A stretch of 64,000 bases of DNA from Azolla caroliniana (taxonomy: Eukaryota > Plantae > Polypodiophyta), in NCBI GenBank assembly GCA_043228905.1, contig JBHGNT010000009.1:11160001-11224000 (forward strand), read 5' to 3'. Positions 1-13,300 of the stretch are shown here, piece by piece. Each line of letters starts with the position of its first letter. The first letter of the stretch is position 1. The notes under the pieces are model-generated. The model ran no database searches. It was given only the letters and a program-made list of their open reading frames with translations, and was not told the DNA's origin. The position numbers were made by a program, and so were the translations under genes.

Positions 1-1790
1 ATTCACATGTTTTTCTTAATACTAATGAGGAAAATCTTTGAACAAAAAAATAAAACCACTATTACAACTTGTAAGTCATCTTTACATATCTACATAGAGA
101 GATACGTATTCATATCATTACAAACCATGAATATGTCTCTCAACATCCCATACCTTTCTTATCAGACCAAATGACGAATGTGATGCCCAACTAACTTACA
201 CTTGTCTCTCTTCGTGATTGAATATGCTTGACATCTCTAACAATGAAAATTCCCATAAAAGGAACCCTTTCAATCTCAGCATGTAACGATGTACTCCACT
301 TTGTTCATAAAATATAAAAGCATTTCGCATATGTCAAATAAACCAAAGCCCATAATATCTCAAATAATCCAAAATAATCTGAAAAGAAGGTGAACGACCT
401 CCTAATTCCACTTGTGCAAAAACCCATTTGAAAGGAGATTTTATCACTCTTGTCAAGGACATCCATATTGCATTAATAAATTTCTAAACCATCTTTGTAA
501 TAGGACATGAAATAAATCGATGTCGACTGTGCTCTACGTCCACTGTACAAAAGAAACAGAAGCTACTAGCAATTTTTCTTTTGCATAAAGCATCTCCCAA
601 TGGTAATCCACCAACCATAATCCTCCAAGTAAACACCTTGGCTCTAAATGACAAATGTGAACACCAACCCTTTTGGAGTACTATTTTACAACCAAATTGT
701 TGGCCTATGAAAAGATCATACCTTAATTACCCTTTTTTCTAACCACATATGTTTCCCAATAATTGTATGATAAACCTCATTCGTTGAAATCATACTTAAG
801 TTGTTCCCCCCACAAATGTCCAATCAAGATATAGAGAATCTTCATTCAAATGTGACACATGCCCTTGCAACATTAATAATCCTTGTAATGTATCCCAAAT
901 GTGCCGATAATTGCGTGGAATTCCAAATGTTGTTGACCTAGCAGTATGAAAAGCCACCAACCTTCTTTGAGAAGTCAAAATTGCATCTTTTAGAGACACC
1001 AATCCTAATCGAGCCATTCGATTAAATTGATGTTGCAAATATTGTTTACTTTCCCAATCCAACAACCTTGATGTTGCCAAAATCTCTAGTTGTATAGAAT
1101 TTGCATGCTCTCTCTGTGATGGAGGATCCCACTTGACAAATTCTAACACATTCTGCCAGAAATGATAATAATTTATTAACAACCCAAGACATTGAACACT
1201 TCACTTGTCTTTTGGAATTGACTACATTCCACCAATGTGTTTATACTCTTACATTTCCAAACTTGATGCCAATTCTCTCAATAAAGAAAATCACCATTTC
1301 TATCCATGGTTGTGTGTTTGCATTCAATAATGTTGCTCCACCAAGCCGTTTTGGTGTACAAATATGATCCCATGCCAACAAAGAAATGTCATCTTTCCCT
1401 TTTTTCTTCCATAATAAGGAACCCATTGATAGGGTAACCTTTTGAACAACCTTCTTAGACCATGGCAACAATGGAAGCTAATAAGAAATCATGGGTATCA
1501 TAATGGATTGCACAACTTTAACCCTTATATGAAATGGCCATGACTAAGATCTCCAATAGATGAACTTATTTCAATCTTTCTCGACACCCAATCAACTAGT
1601 TTAACATGGGAAACTTCTACTCCAATAGGGTAACCCAAGTGTCGAAAAATTTCCCCATGATTAACAATCTTTCCTGACCATCCAAGCTCCAATATATTTT
1701 GCTCAGTACATGAAATAAGAATTGATTTATGCATATTAATCTTTAATCCTGCTGCATATATTTCCATCCTTCTCTCTATTCCCACTGTTG
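1..1790 (-). mobile_element. Degenerate L1-like non-LTR retrotransposon ORF2 3' part (late RT to zinc-binding region)
   Basis: Broken minus-strand frames: 'GLKINMHKS', 'FRHLGYPIG', 'WDHICTPKRLGG'; a C-x2-C...H-x4-C pattern near 500-560; many stops and frameshifts. Confidence 0.7.
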
Positions 1791-1831
1791 AGCAATGTTC
1801 ACATGGTAAGCAATATCCATTACAAGGCAAT

Positions 1832-2158
1832 CATTGTTGTAAAATTCTTAGTGTAGAACACATGTAGAATACATATGCTAAGTATTCTATTTATTTTTTT
1901 AAATACTTAGAATATGTGTAGAAGACTTTAAATACGTAGATCACTTGTAAATATATTTGAAATACTTCTTCAAATTTAAAGTTTTTTTTTCAAAAAATAA
2001 AATTGTAAATATTTTAAGACTTTTAGAACTTTTTTGAAATGATAAATACTTGTTAAATACCTAGAATACGTGAAAATTTGAAAAATGGCAGTTCTTCTAA
2101 AACGTAGAATACTTTAGAGTATTCTAAATGTAGAATACATGTTTTTTTAACAATTATG
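1832..2158. mobile_element. Possible MITE-like AT-rich element
   Basis: Imperfect inverted ends (CATTGTTGTAAAA ... TTTTTTAACAATTATG) and repeated internal TAGAATAC-like motifs. Confidence 0.3.
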
Positions 2159-2859
2159 AGGGCAAAAAGGAACACATTATTTGTGAACACGAGAAGGCAA
2201 AACCACAAATGGAATACTAATAATCAAGGAAAAGGCAGAAATCACTCGCATTACAAGTTATCACAGTGAAGATCACTATAAAACATAGGGAATGCATTTC
2301 CTTTCCCGATCATATATTGACGAACATGCACAAAATGATGAATGGGAGGAGTTACGCATTCAAAAAGCATTGTTCTCTTCATGAATACTCTAGAAGTTAG
2401 GAGAATCATTTTAGAAGTGTCCTTGCATTAAAGATCACATCCAAAAGGATTTCGTCATACACTATTGGAGGACCGATCTATAGTATGTCAATGTGTTAGG
2501 GGTTCAATCCATGCTATGTGGCTATGTGTAAATAGGTGGAGAGCCATTGGCACAATATGTCATAGACTCATATGTATCCAATTGCCATACCCAAGGAATC
2601 AACCAGTCCACACATTTATTAAATGGGGAATACAATAAAGTTTTAGGAAGGAAAATTGATGATGCAAGAGGGCTGATCCAAGTCCAAAACATTAAAGTTC
2701 GGTGGTGAACGAACGTAATGCCCAAGGCAACCAAAAAGGAGGTTTTTATGAAAGAAAAGTTTTAGTTCATTCATGCTATGCTTCACTACCTGCATCTTGA
2801 CTTTTGGTACAAGGTTTTGGGTTTATGAAAGAATGCGGTGTGGATTGACACACGTATGG

Positions 2860-4356
2860 AGGAGGGTACCCGAGAAGGGAGGCGGGCGACATACATACAT
2901 ATGGACAGACAGGCAGGCAGTACGTGACGGTAAGAGACTTTAGATGAACCACGGGATCGGATGGGACGTGGGGGAGGGGAGGCGGGCTTCATGAGCGTAA
3001 CCAGGGGACGTGGAGATATTGAAGACATGCCATGTCGACAAGAGGGTCCCACCCTTTCATCCGATAGCGAGTGAGTGCAGCAGAACGAATAAACAGAAGT
3101 ATATGTATGTATATGGTATATTACTATGTATATGGTATGAGTATGTATGTATGTAAGCAAAAGACAACAAGAAACGTTCTTTCAAGTTTCATTCCCGTTT
3201 CTCTTTTCGTTTCGTTGAAAACTAAGTAAGAAGCAGAGAAAGGGAAGGGGAAGAGTCATTGCAGAAGTTTAAGTTAAAAGGGGGAAGAAAAGAAAGAAAG
3301 AAGGAAAGGAAAGAAAAGGAGAGAAAGGCGCCACAGGCCATAGCCATAGGCATATATATATGTAATAGCCAGGGAGTAGTAAGTGAGTGGGGTTGAATGA
3401 ACAAATAAATCTTCTTCTCTTCCTCTGCTTCAGATTCTTTCTGTTCCTCTGTCTGTCTGTCTGCTGGGTGTCGTCCCGTCTCTGTAGGCCTGACCTGCTG
3501 CATCGATCTTCACAGGACAGAAAGGAACAGCGAAACTTTTGGTCGGTCTGATTTCTCCGTCTCCGTCTCCCTCTCCAGATTTCTTCTCTGTTGAAAAGGA
3601 TAGATCGTACAGGAGAAGGAAAGAGAACGCCTCCTGTCATATACTTTTCTACACAATAAACGCCATCGCCACGATGGATTCCACAGAGAAAGGAAAGCAA
3701 AGCTTTTGATATTATTTCTGCAGGTTTTCATTTCAGCCATCTTAAAAAAGGATAGATTGCACATGGGAATGGAACCAAAGCTTTGATGTACATATATATA
3801 GTATACATATGTGTATTTCCCCTCTTTTGACAGCGCAACAGCCATTTCCAAATACATACATATACAAAAGATTCTTCCATATCTTCCTTCCTTCCCGCTT
3901 CTTCCAATCTACTCTTCTGTGGCTTGAAAATATTTCATAATTTGCTGTTAAGGATTCCCTGCTTTGCAAAAGTCCTCCTTCTTCCTCAGATCAATGTTTA
4001 ATCTTAATCTTCTTCTTTTTCTTCCTCGGATGTATTATACTTTAACTTCATCTTCTTCCTCATATTAATTCTTCTTCTTCTCCATCCTGAAACTCTTCTT
4101 CTTCTTCTCCCATCCTGATAAATTCTTCTCCCTTTTCTCTTTCTCTTGGTCAGGAGGCGTTATTGTGGCTCCTCTGGACATCGCGCTTCCTGTTCCTTTT
4201 TCCTTGAGACTTTCGTCTTCTTCTTTCTCTGAAAGTTTGAGAAAGAAATTCGGCCTTCTAAGTTGCCTTCCTGTGAGACAGGAAGCCGTCTTATTTTTCA
4301 TCTTCCTCTAGGGATTTTGTTTCGTCCTTTCCAATTAGCAGTAATTGTTTCTTTGT
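2860..4356 (+). promoter_or_regulatory. Putative promoter and 5' leader of the PLD zeta gene
   Basis: GC-richer patch with ACGT cores at 2860-3060, ATGT microsatellite at about 3100-3155, then long GA/CT-rich tracts up to the ATG; TSS not determinable. Confidence 0.35.
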
Positions 4357-7300
4357 ATGAAGACCAGCAGCAAGGATCAGAATGGGTCACATTATGTCCG
4401 GATGGACACAGGATCTCCCACTGACACCCCATTGCTCAGGCATGAGGACGAGCACATCTTCGACGAGCTACCCTCAGCTATTGTAATTGATGCATCACGA
4501 TTTGAAGGCCATGAAATCAGCCAATTCCAGCTTGTCTACACCATTGAAGTTCACTATAAACAGGTCAGGTTTTTTCTTAATTGACATTCTACGTTCCATC
4601 ATTGAAGACATTACATTTCCCTACTTGGATCCCTTATCATGCATGATATATTTTCTATTTGTGTCTCTTAGGTTCAATGCGATAGAACTTTTTGATTGGC
4701 AAAAACGTCACATGCAATAATATGTGTGAATGAGTGGCGAGCGAGTGATGATGGAAAAATAAATTAAGAAATGAAACGAGTTAGCCTGTTCTCAATTTCA
4801 GTGTTTTTCATCTTCCATGAGTTTGGTTCTGTAGAGTAGATGATCAATAATTCCCAAGGGGGTTATCATTTATCCAACCTGCCTAGTATCATTGGCAGTC
4901 CTGTCCTAGTTAAGGGTTCTTGAAAAGCTAGTGTGACCCTGTAGAAATTCCTTAAAATCATACACCTGTCCTCATATGCAAGGTACTCGAAAGTTATGTG
5001 TTCATCCACCACATTTCCGGATGCCTCCAAGTTGATTGGATACTACTATGGAGTGTGGAAATCTAATGTCACAACATGCACCAAGCATGCTGTTTGAGGC
5101 TAGCTCATGACAGAAATAATGCAATTTAACCTACTGATGAAGATAATCTACTAAGCTGGAAGCAGAAAGATTAGGAGCTACTTATGTCTTTATGAATATA
5201 TCTGAGCATGCACATGCCCTTCATAAATGCATAACTGTTCTCTTCGATTATAAATCCATGTTCCATGCCTTGAAATTGGAGTATGAACCCCAAGAACTAC
5301 AGTGGCCCCCAATTCAACACTGTTTCTGGTTTGTCAGGGAAGATGTGATAACCCTCAGACAACCTGGTAGCAACATGTGGAAAGCTTGGGTTTGAGAGGA
5401 TGACCATGATTGTTTTTAAAATTCCCTAATCCAAGTGACTTGAAATCTCACAAAAGCATAGAACTCTCTGAGAGGCAGAAAAATATATTAGCCTTCTTCC
5501 GATTTCTAGAACCACTAATGCATACTTGGTTGTGCTCTTAATTGCCAAATGCTGGCAAAGAAATGATATTCTCTATTTCATCTATGAGCTGGCAGAGATC
5601 CTGCTGTAAAAATTCAGCTTCATGTAGCATAGTTTGCACCATGCATATATCAGAAATTATTTCTTGAAAATCCCATCTTTGGGTTATGCTTAAGTAGCAC
5701 ATGTTTCCCAATTGATAGTTTTGAACCTCTCATGGTTCTATTCTTTAGACACCTATTCCACTTGTGCTGACTAGGAATGCCAATTGCACATTGCTGGCTG
5801 CTGGATTTCAGATGAATCGCGCTCAGTTTGGAAGATGCCAAAAGTACGACGGTCTCCAATCCATAATCAGAAGCAATATCATGCTGAATTTGTGGTGTTT
5901 TCCTCACGTTGAACAGTCCTAGTTGGTCAATCATGAGCAAATAGAGTATATGGACATCCTTATTTCACTCATGCTGTCCATGAGCAGAAAAGCCATTGTC
6001 TCTCTTCCATATGCATCTTACCCCTTGGTATAAGTGGGCTGCTCTTGCGTTTATGATCTTGGTATTCCATTTTTTTTTGTTCTTTCCCATAACTTTTCCA
6101 TTGGATCATGTGGACAGCCTTCTTAAAATCTCACGGGATGACATTTCCACAAACTGTCATTGATTTCTTTTAGAATCTCCAGCTAGAAGCACTTGCACCC
6201 TTGATTGTGCTCTTGTCATGTCAGACTGACAATCATAAAAGCGGAGGCAGGAAGAAAGATTTCGACAAGAAGAATGATGCGGAGTGCATGGTTAGTGGAG
6301 CGATTCAGACTCCAGTCTTCAACTCTTTCAAAATACAACTCTGTGGGGATGGGTCACCAGTACTGTGTGGAGGTGGTATAGTGACTATAGTCTTGGGTAA
6401 AGTCTTGGCACAAGGAACCACTGTGTGAGGGAACCGTTTTCAAACTCATTTTCAGTGTCATATTATGTAAAGTAAAAGCCAAGAGAGGACACCTATTGAA
6501 TGAATGATGGCGATGATGAGATATTGATGACAATGAAAATTCTATGGGGAGAATGTTGATGCTGATCATTCCGATTGATGAATCTTTCCAACTTTTGTTG
6601 GATATATGTGAAGAGGAGCACTAAAAACACATTTTTTCCCTAGAATCTATTATGCATTTCGTTTACCCGTTCGATCTATTGGCATTGGGCACATGCCAGA
6701 CTTTAGCTTCGTTATTTTTCTGACATATTGCTTTAAAGCTCTGACATCTTGTGTGTTACATCCATTTTTTGTACAGTTCCATTGGAGGCTTGTTAAGAAG
6801 GCATCACAGGTCCTTATGCTGCATTTTGACTTGAAGAAGAGGGTTTTAATTGAAGATCTACAGGAGAAGCAGGAACAGGTATAAACATGTCTCAATATGA
6901 TACCCTGCTTATTAGTGCAACAATATCTCATGATTTTGTGAGTCATTTAAAGGTTAAAGAATGGCTTCAACACCTTGGCTTGGGTGATCATAGTGGTGGG
7001 TCTGCATCCTTTCATGGCCATGAGGATGAGGAATACTTTGAGGATACCCATCCTTCATCATCATCCCGAAGGTATGTACTCTTTATATTAATATATACTA
7101 TTTTACCTCTAATCATATAGGTTTACTGGAACTTCTTCGCATTCAATTTGAACAGAGATGTTCCCTCAAGTGCTGCCTTTCCAGTGATTAGACCAGCTTT
7201 GGGACGTTTATCGAGTATCTCAATGAAGGCAATTTCAGCAATGCAGGATTATCTTAACCATTTTCTTGGGAGTTTGGACATAGTCAACACTAGAGAGGTT

Positions 7301-10300
7301 ATTAACATGCTTTGTCTTTTTATGAATGGAGATGTATCTTTCCAGGAACTATCTAAGAAATCTCATAGTTGACATGACCTATAGCACAGATTATTCATGT
7401 TTCTTAAACCAAATACCATAGCCCAAGGGATTTACTGACTGTGCTCTAACGTTATTTTTTCTTATTTTGTGAGCTTACTGTGCTAAAAGAGGGCAGAAGC
7501 ATGATTCATAGGCAGATTAGTGTCTTTAATGTATAATTGATTTTTGTATTTGCTCAAAATTTTCTGTCAATCTTTAATGATATTGTTTGAAAGCAGCAAT
7601 GTTTTCTCTCTCCATATGCCCCACTTCTTTGCACCTCAACACTTAGTATCAATGATGTTTGAAATTTGCAGGTCTGTAAGTTTTTGGAAGTCTCCAAACT
7701 CTCCTTCCGACCTGAATATGGTCCAAAGTTAAGAGAGGGCTTTGTGCTGGTGAAACACCTTCAAAACTTTCATCCAACTGAAGATGACTCTTCGAAGTGT
7801 TTTTGCTGTAGAATGATTTGCAGTTGCAGTAACAGTTGGCAAAAGGTTGATAGTTTGGAACTTGTAAATCTTTAATCTGAATGTAACCTGATAACTGCAT
7901 CACACCATCATTAAAACTTGTTAGAGAGATTGGACTCTTGCAGAGAATAACTGGTTTTTCCATGACAGTGCATTTCAGTTCATTTTTCCCCTTACCACGT
8001 TCGCATAGATTAGACTACTATCAGTCAAAAGTAATGGCAATCATCTCACCATATCATGATATTTGTGTTAGATTACAACTTGTAAGAAGTTAAACAGACT
8101 GTATCTTTTGAGAGAGCACATGCTGTTTTCATTGGAGTACATTTCATTTCAAAGTAATGGCAGTCAAATAAACTCAAATCAGTCGAAAGTAATGGTGGTC
8201 ATCTCAGTGTAGCATTGAAAGTGGTATCACACTATTGTAACAACTTGTAAGAGGGTAATCAGATTGTATTATTAAAGAGAGTACATGTTTCTAGAATGCA
8301 TTCCATTTTTTCTCTCCATAAATTAGGCTTAATCCATAAAAAATAATAGTTTTCACAAAAGAAATTCATCAATAATCTTAGAATCTCAATCTAATATTAT
8401 GAAGACATATTTGTCTTTATGCTCCTCCTTAGTCCTTATTAAAAGGTATATTAATTGCAGGTGTGGGCAGTGCTCAAGCCAGGGTTTCTGGCATTAGTTG
8501 CAGATCCGTATGATGTGAAACTTCTTGACATTATTGTTTTTGATGTGCTTCCATTTTCTGATGGAAGTGCAGATGGGCAGATGTGCCTAGCAAAGCTGAC
8601 GAAGGAAAGGAATCCTTTGTATTTCGGTTTTATGGTCAGTTTAATTTCCTGTTTTGCATTTGAAAAATGCTTTATGTTTAAATGGCTGCAGGAATAATCT
8701 GTTTGCTTGCTTCAGGTGGTATGTGGAAACAGGACAATCAGGATACGGTCCAAGAGGGCAGGGATTGCTCGTGATTGGGTTGCAGCCATTAATGATGCTG
8801 GACTAAGACCACCTGAAGGATGGTGTCATTCCCATCGGTATGGTTCATTTGCTCCTCCTAGAGGGGACTATGATGATGGGAGTGAAGCTCAGTGGTTTAT
8901 TGATGGCAGAGCTGGATTCCATGCTATAGCTTCGGCCATAGAGCATGCGAAGTCAGAAGTATGTCAAACATTCCCCCCCACCATTCTTTCGATTTTCCAT
9001 TTAGACAAGGATGCAACATCCGTTTCAATGATCTTTACTTATTTCAGGTCTTCATAGCTGGATGGTGGTTATGTCCTGAGTTGTATATGCGGCGCCCATT
9101 TACTGGGAATGAAGAGTCTAGACTTGATACCTTGCTGCAGGAAAGGGCACAAATGGGTGTTAAGGTGGGGCATCTCTAAAATAATGAACAATTTATGACA
9201 ACTGTTTTGGTGGTGTTGCATACTCCATGCTTAGGTATAACTCGTATGAAATATTATTTACTCCCTATTAATATTGATCTAACTTTGAGCGTTTACTACA
9301 TTTGAATTTGAATATTGTTGCAGATATACATATTACTGTACAAGGAAGTGGCTTTGGCGTTAAAGATTAACAGCATGTATTCCAAGCGACGCCTTCTAAC
9401 TATTCATGAGAATGTAAAGGTTTTGAGGTTTCCCAATCACTTCTCTGCGGGTGTCTACTTGTGGTATGCTTATGTTTTTACTTTGCTTTTTCTTTTGAAG
9501 TTTTGGTTTCTCTCATTATTTAACTTAATAATGTGACAGGTCTCATCATGAGAAGATTGTCATTGTAGATCATCAAGTCTGTTTTATTGGTGGGCTGGAT
9601 CTATGCTTTGGAAGGTTTGATACGCAAGAGCATACAGTTCATGACACATCATCCAGAATATGGCCAGGAAAGGATTATTATAACCCCAGGTAATAATGCA
9701 TGAAGTTTTAATATCTAGTAACTTGTGGCATGCTTTAAATTCTCATTAAGAATGAAACATTTGTAGAGAATCAGAACCCAACTCATGGGAGGAGACTATG
9801 AAGGATGAACTAGATCGGCAGCAATATCCTAGAATGCCCTGGCATGATGTGCAATGTGCAATATGGGGTCCAGCTTGCCGTGATGTAGCAAGGCATTTTG
9901 TGCAACGATGGAACTATGCCAAGGTGGAAATCTTAGTCTTTTCAATGAAATTAACGTTAAAATGCTATATCTGGCTAGTTAATAGCCATTCTCTCATGCT
10001 TTATGACAACAGCGAAGTAAAGCACCCAATGAACCTGGAATCCCTTTACTTCTTCCTCACCATCATATGGTTCTTCCACGATATCATAGCACTCATATTT
10101 CTGTGGTGAAAGAAGCTGAACAAGATACGTCTGACCCATCATCTTACCAGGATATTCCCTTGCTTTTCCCCCAAGAGAACCCTGAAATGGAAGGAAACAA
10201 ATATTATTCTGATGAAGCAATCTCACCAGATATCTCAAGCACATCCAATAGTATTTATTCAATGGGACCCACTACGAGGATCAGAAGCACCAAATCAGTC

Positions 10301-13300
10301 GTACAGATGCATGATTTTGTAGACGATCAAGTTTCCAGGGTCTCATATCAACCGGTCGAGAATGGGCACCTTGCTGGAGGGAATGGATTCCATGAGGAAT
10401 GGTGGCAAGACCAAGAGAGACAGGGGCAAGTCAGTAGCGAGGATGAGCCATGTCAGATTGGTCCACGTGTCAAATGTGCTTGCCAGGTCAGTGTTCTATG
10501 TGTTTTGTGATTGGCTGTCTTCTTTGTCAGTACCATTTTGAATCTTGTGTTGTCTTTAATTTTGCAGGTTTTAAGGAGTGTTGGTTTTTGGTCAGCGGGC
10601 ACAAGTCAGCCGGAAGAAACGAGTATCCATATTGCTTATTGCTCACTCATTGATAAATCTGAATATTTTGTGTACATAGAGGTAATACAAATTTTTGAAA
10701 TAATGTCCACCTTATTTCTCTTCCTTGTTTTTGAGTGGGGTTGGTTTGGACATTTGTCTTAGTTTAACATTGTACCGGAACTCTTCTATTATTGAATCTC
10801 TCTTTGTTTTATGATGTGTTCCTAACAGCTATCCTATTCTTGCAGAACCAGTTTTTCATATCTGGGTTTGATGATGATGATGCAATTCGGAACCGTGTGC
10901 TTCAAGCTTTGTACAACCGAATAATTCAAGCTCACAAGGAACAGAAATGTTTTCGGGTTATTGTAGTTATACCTCTTCTTCCAGGTTTTCAGGTTCCTCT
11001 CTTTCTTCCTCTTATTTTTTTTCTTTTTTGTGGATGGTATTGTATTGTAATATAATACAATAAAATATAAAAGTAGGTCACATCATCACTGTGAATACTG
11101 TTGTCTCTTATGTGGTGCACTTCATTGTTGATGTTTAATTTGTCTCATAAGCCATTGTGGGCTCATCCCACCGTGCCCCAAGAGCTGGCCTGTTCTTCCA
11201 TATCCCACAACGAATACTTATTCAACGATTCTTTGCTCATTTACAAATGCCGCCTTATGCCAACCAACATCAGTTGTTTTGAGTGGCTGTTTGAATATAG
11301 AGAATCAGTAGAAAAGCTGTTGGGATTAGGATGAAAAGTGCAGTGGCTACAAACGCAAGAATGTTCATTTCCGTATTAGTAGTTCAAATCGATTAAAGAG
11401 TAGTATGAGTTGTCCCGTTGGGATAAAACTCTTGAACTCTGTTGTGAACTATCTGTTTCATTGCTGGTTTAGTTGGGTCGACCGAATCAAATGTATCCAA
11501 TTATGAATACTCCATAGATGTAAAAGAAAAACCAATTTAACTTTTTATCTTACGATTCATCACACTAATCATCAAAAGCTTTGTATTGGGCTAGTGCCCC
11601 CCGAACAGATTCGTAGCTGGGCCGAAAGACGGTTACCTAATGGAGGGCCATTGGTCAAGTTGATGAATCTTATACCTGCAAGAAAAGTAACTACCTTTTT
11701 TTAGCAAATTCCGCTGGGGGTAGAATTCATTCCGCAAGAACCTCATGAACCTCACGAATCTTATCGGAGAATAACCCCATTGCTTTGGCTCGTGCCTAAA
11801 AAGTGATGAGTTATGAGATTCAACTTGTTGGGACACTATTATTACAATAGAACTACACTTCTGAAATGAAAACGTTTTGTGACTTTCTGCTTTTTAAAGT
11901 GTGGGTTGATGCTTGAGTGGTTAATGGGAACTGACTGTTAAGAAGTAGAGGATAGAATGACAGTTTTCTGAAATGCTAAAGATAGACACATATAGAAACG
12001 AAAAACAACTATGGGGTTTGACACATAGGAGAGATTAAAGAAAGTGGAAGCAGCTCAAAACAAAAGCCCACCACTTAAGAAGAAAATGTACTGCATGCAC
12101 GCACACACGCACACATATTATATGTGCTATTCAGGATTTATAATATGCTCTTAGAAGAAGAGCTTTAAATGCTAATGGGACAGCTAAGTCATGACCTCAT
12201 AAATACCTCTTTTAATGCTGATTGAGAATCTTGTCCAAGGATCCCATTCAATGTACAAATATTCTTTTAGAAGTTGTAGTATAGTTCTGAAAACAAGACT
12301 GTACAATCTAACAAAAACTAGAAAATATTAAATTATATAAAAATGAGTTTCTAGTTTGGAGAAACCTAAAGGGCCTTTAATCCCAATAACGTATTACCTT
12401 GCAATTGTAGACAAGATAAAGTGCTGAATTATTTGAGGGATGCAAAGATAGTTATGGAAGTGTAGGAGACCCTCAGAAAGATTATCATTGCCAATATGAC
12501 TGCACCAATAGATTCCACTCCACCAAGAGTTGAACTCCATTCATCAAAAGGGTTTGTGCGTTTGTAAACACATACTTAAAACAAATTTCTTATGCGATGC
12601 TGGTGTCTCCATCAATGTGAGGGTTGACAATGAAGAGATGGTGGAAATATGCTACGGTGAACTTTCACAACAGTTCAATCTGTTGATAACCACCATTCTC
12701 ACTAGAGAGAATCCACCATCATTCTTTGACCGCAAATCCTTGTTATTGGTAGAAAAAAACCATGTTGGCTCACAGAACATAAACTTCAAGGCCAAATGTT
12801 ATATATACACTTGGACAACTCTCGCAGTCGGAGAGAGGAAGAATAATGGTTGGCAACATAGAACGTAATAAAGGTGTTCGTGCAAGCATTCAAACGTTTG
12901 AATACGATCATGTTTGAAAAGGGAAAAATGTGTGGTCCTTTTTTTCATTTATTATCATTATAAATCAGTTCACCCTAGTGGTAAATTGTCATGCTTTTGC
13001 TGTCTCTGTCTTGGGTTCAATTCTCGATTTTCTCATCTCATCTCATAGCAAAATTTTATGTTAGTGTCTTATTTCTTTTTTTCTTTCTTTTTCTTTCTTT
13101 GTTAATAGAAATTAGCTCAACCTAGTGGTAAGTTGTCATGCTACTATTGCCTATGTCTTGGGTTCAATTCCCAATTTTCTCCTATCCTCTCGTTAGTGTC
13201 GTGTCATGGCAAAATTTTATGTTAGTGTCATGTTCCTTTTATCTTTTTTATCTTTTTTTCTTATTAGAAATTAGCTCACCCTAGTGGTAAGTTGTTACGC

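Noticed and set aside
2786-4301. Several minus-strand ORFs upstream of PLD
   Set aside because: Low-complexity translations of CT/GA/AT repeats with no recognisable domain
2200-4356. P1BS (GNATATNC) phosphate-starvation elements, as known for Arabidopsis PLDZ2
   Set aside because: None spotted by eye, only near-matches within AT microsatellites; a formal scan is needed
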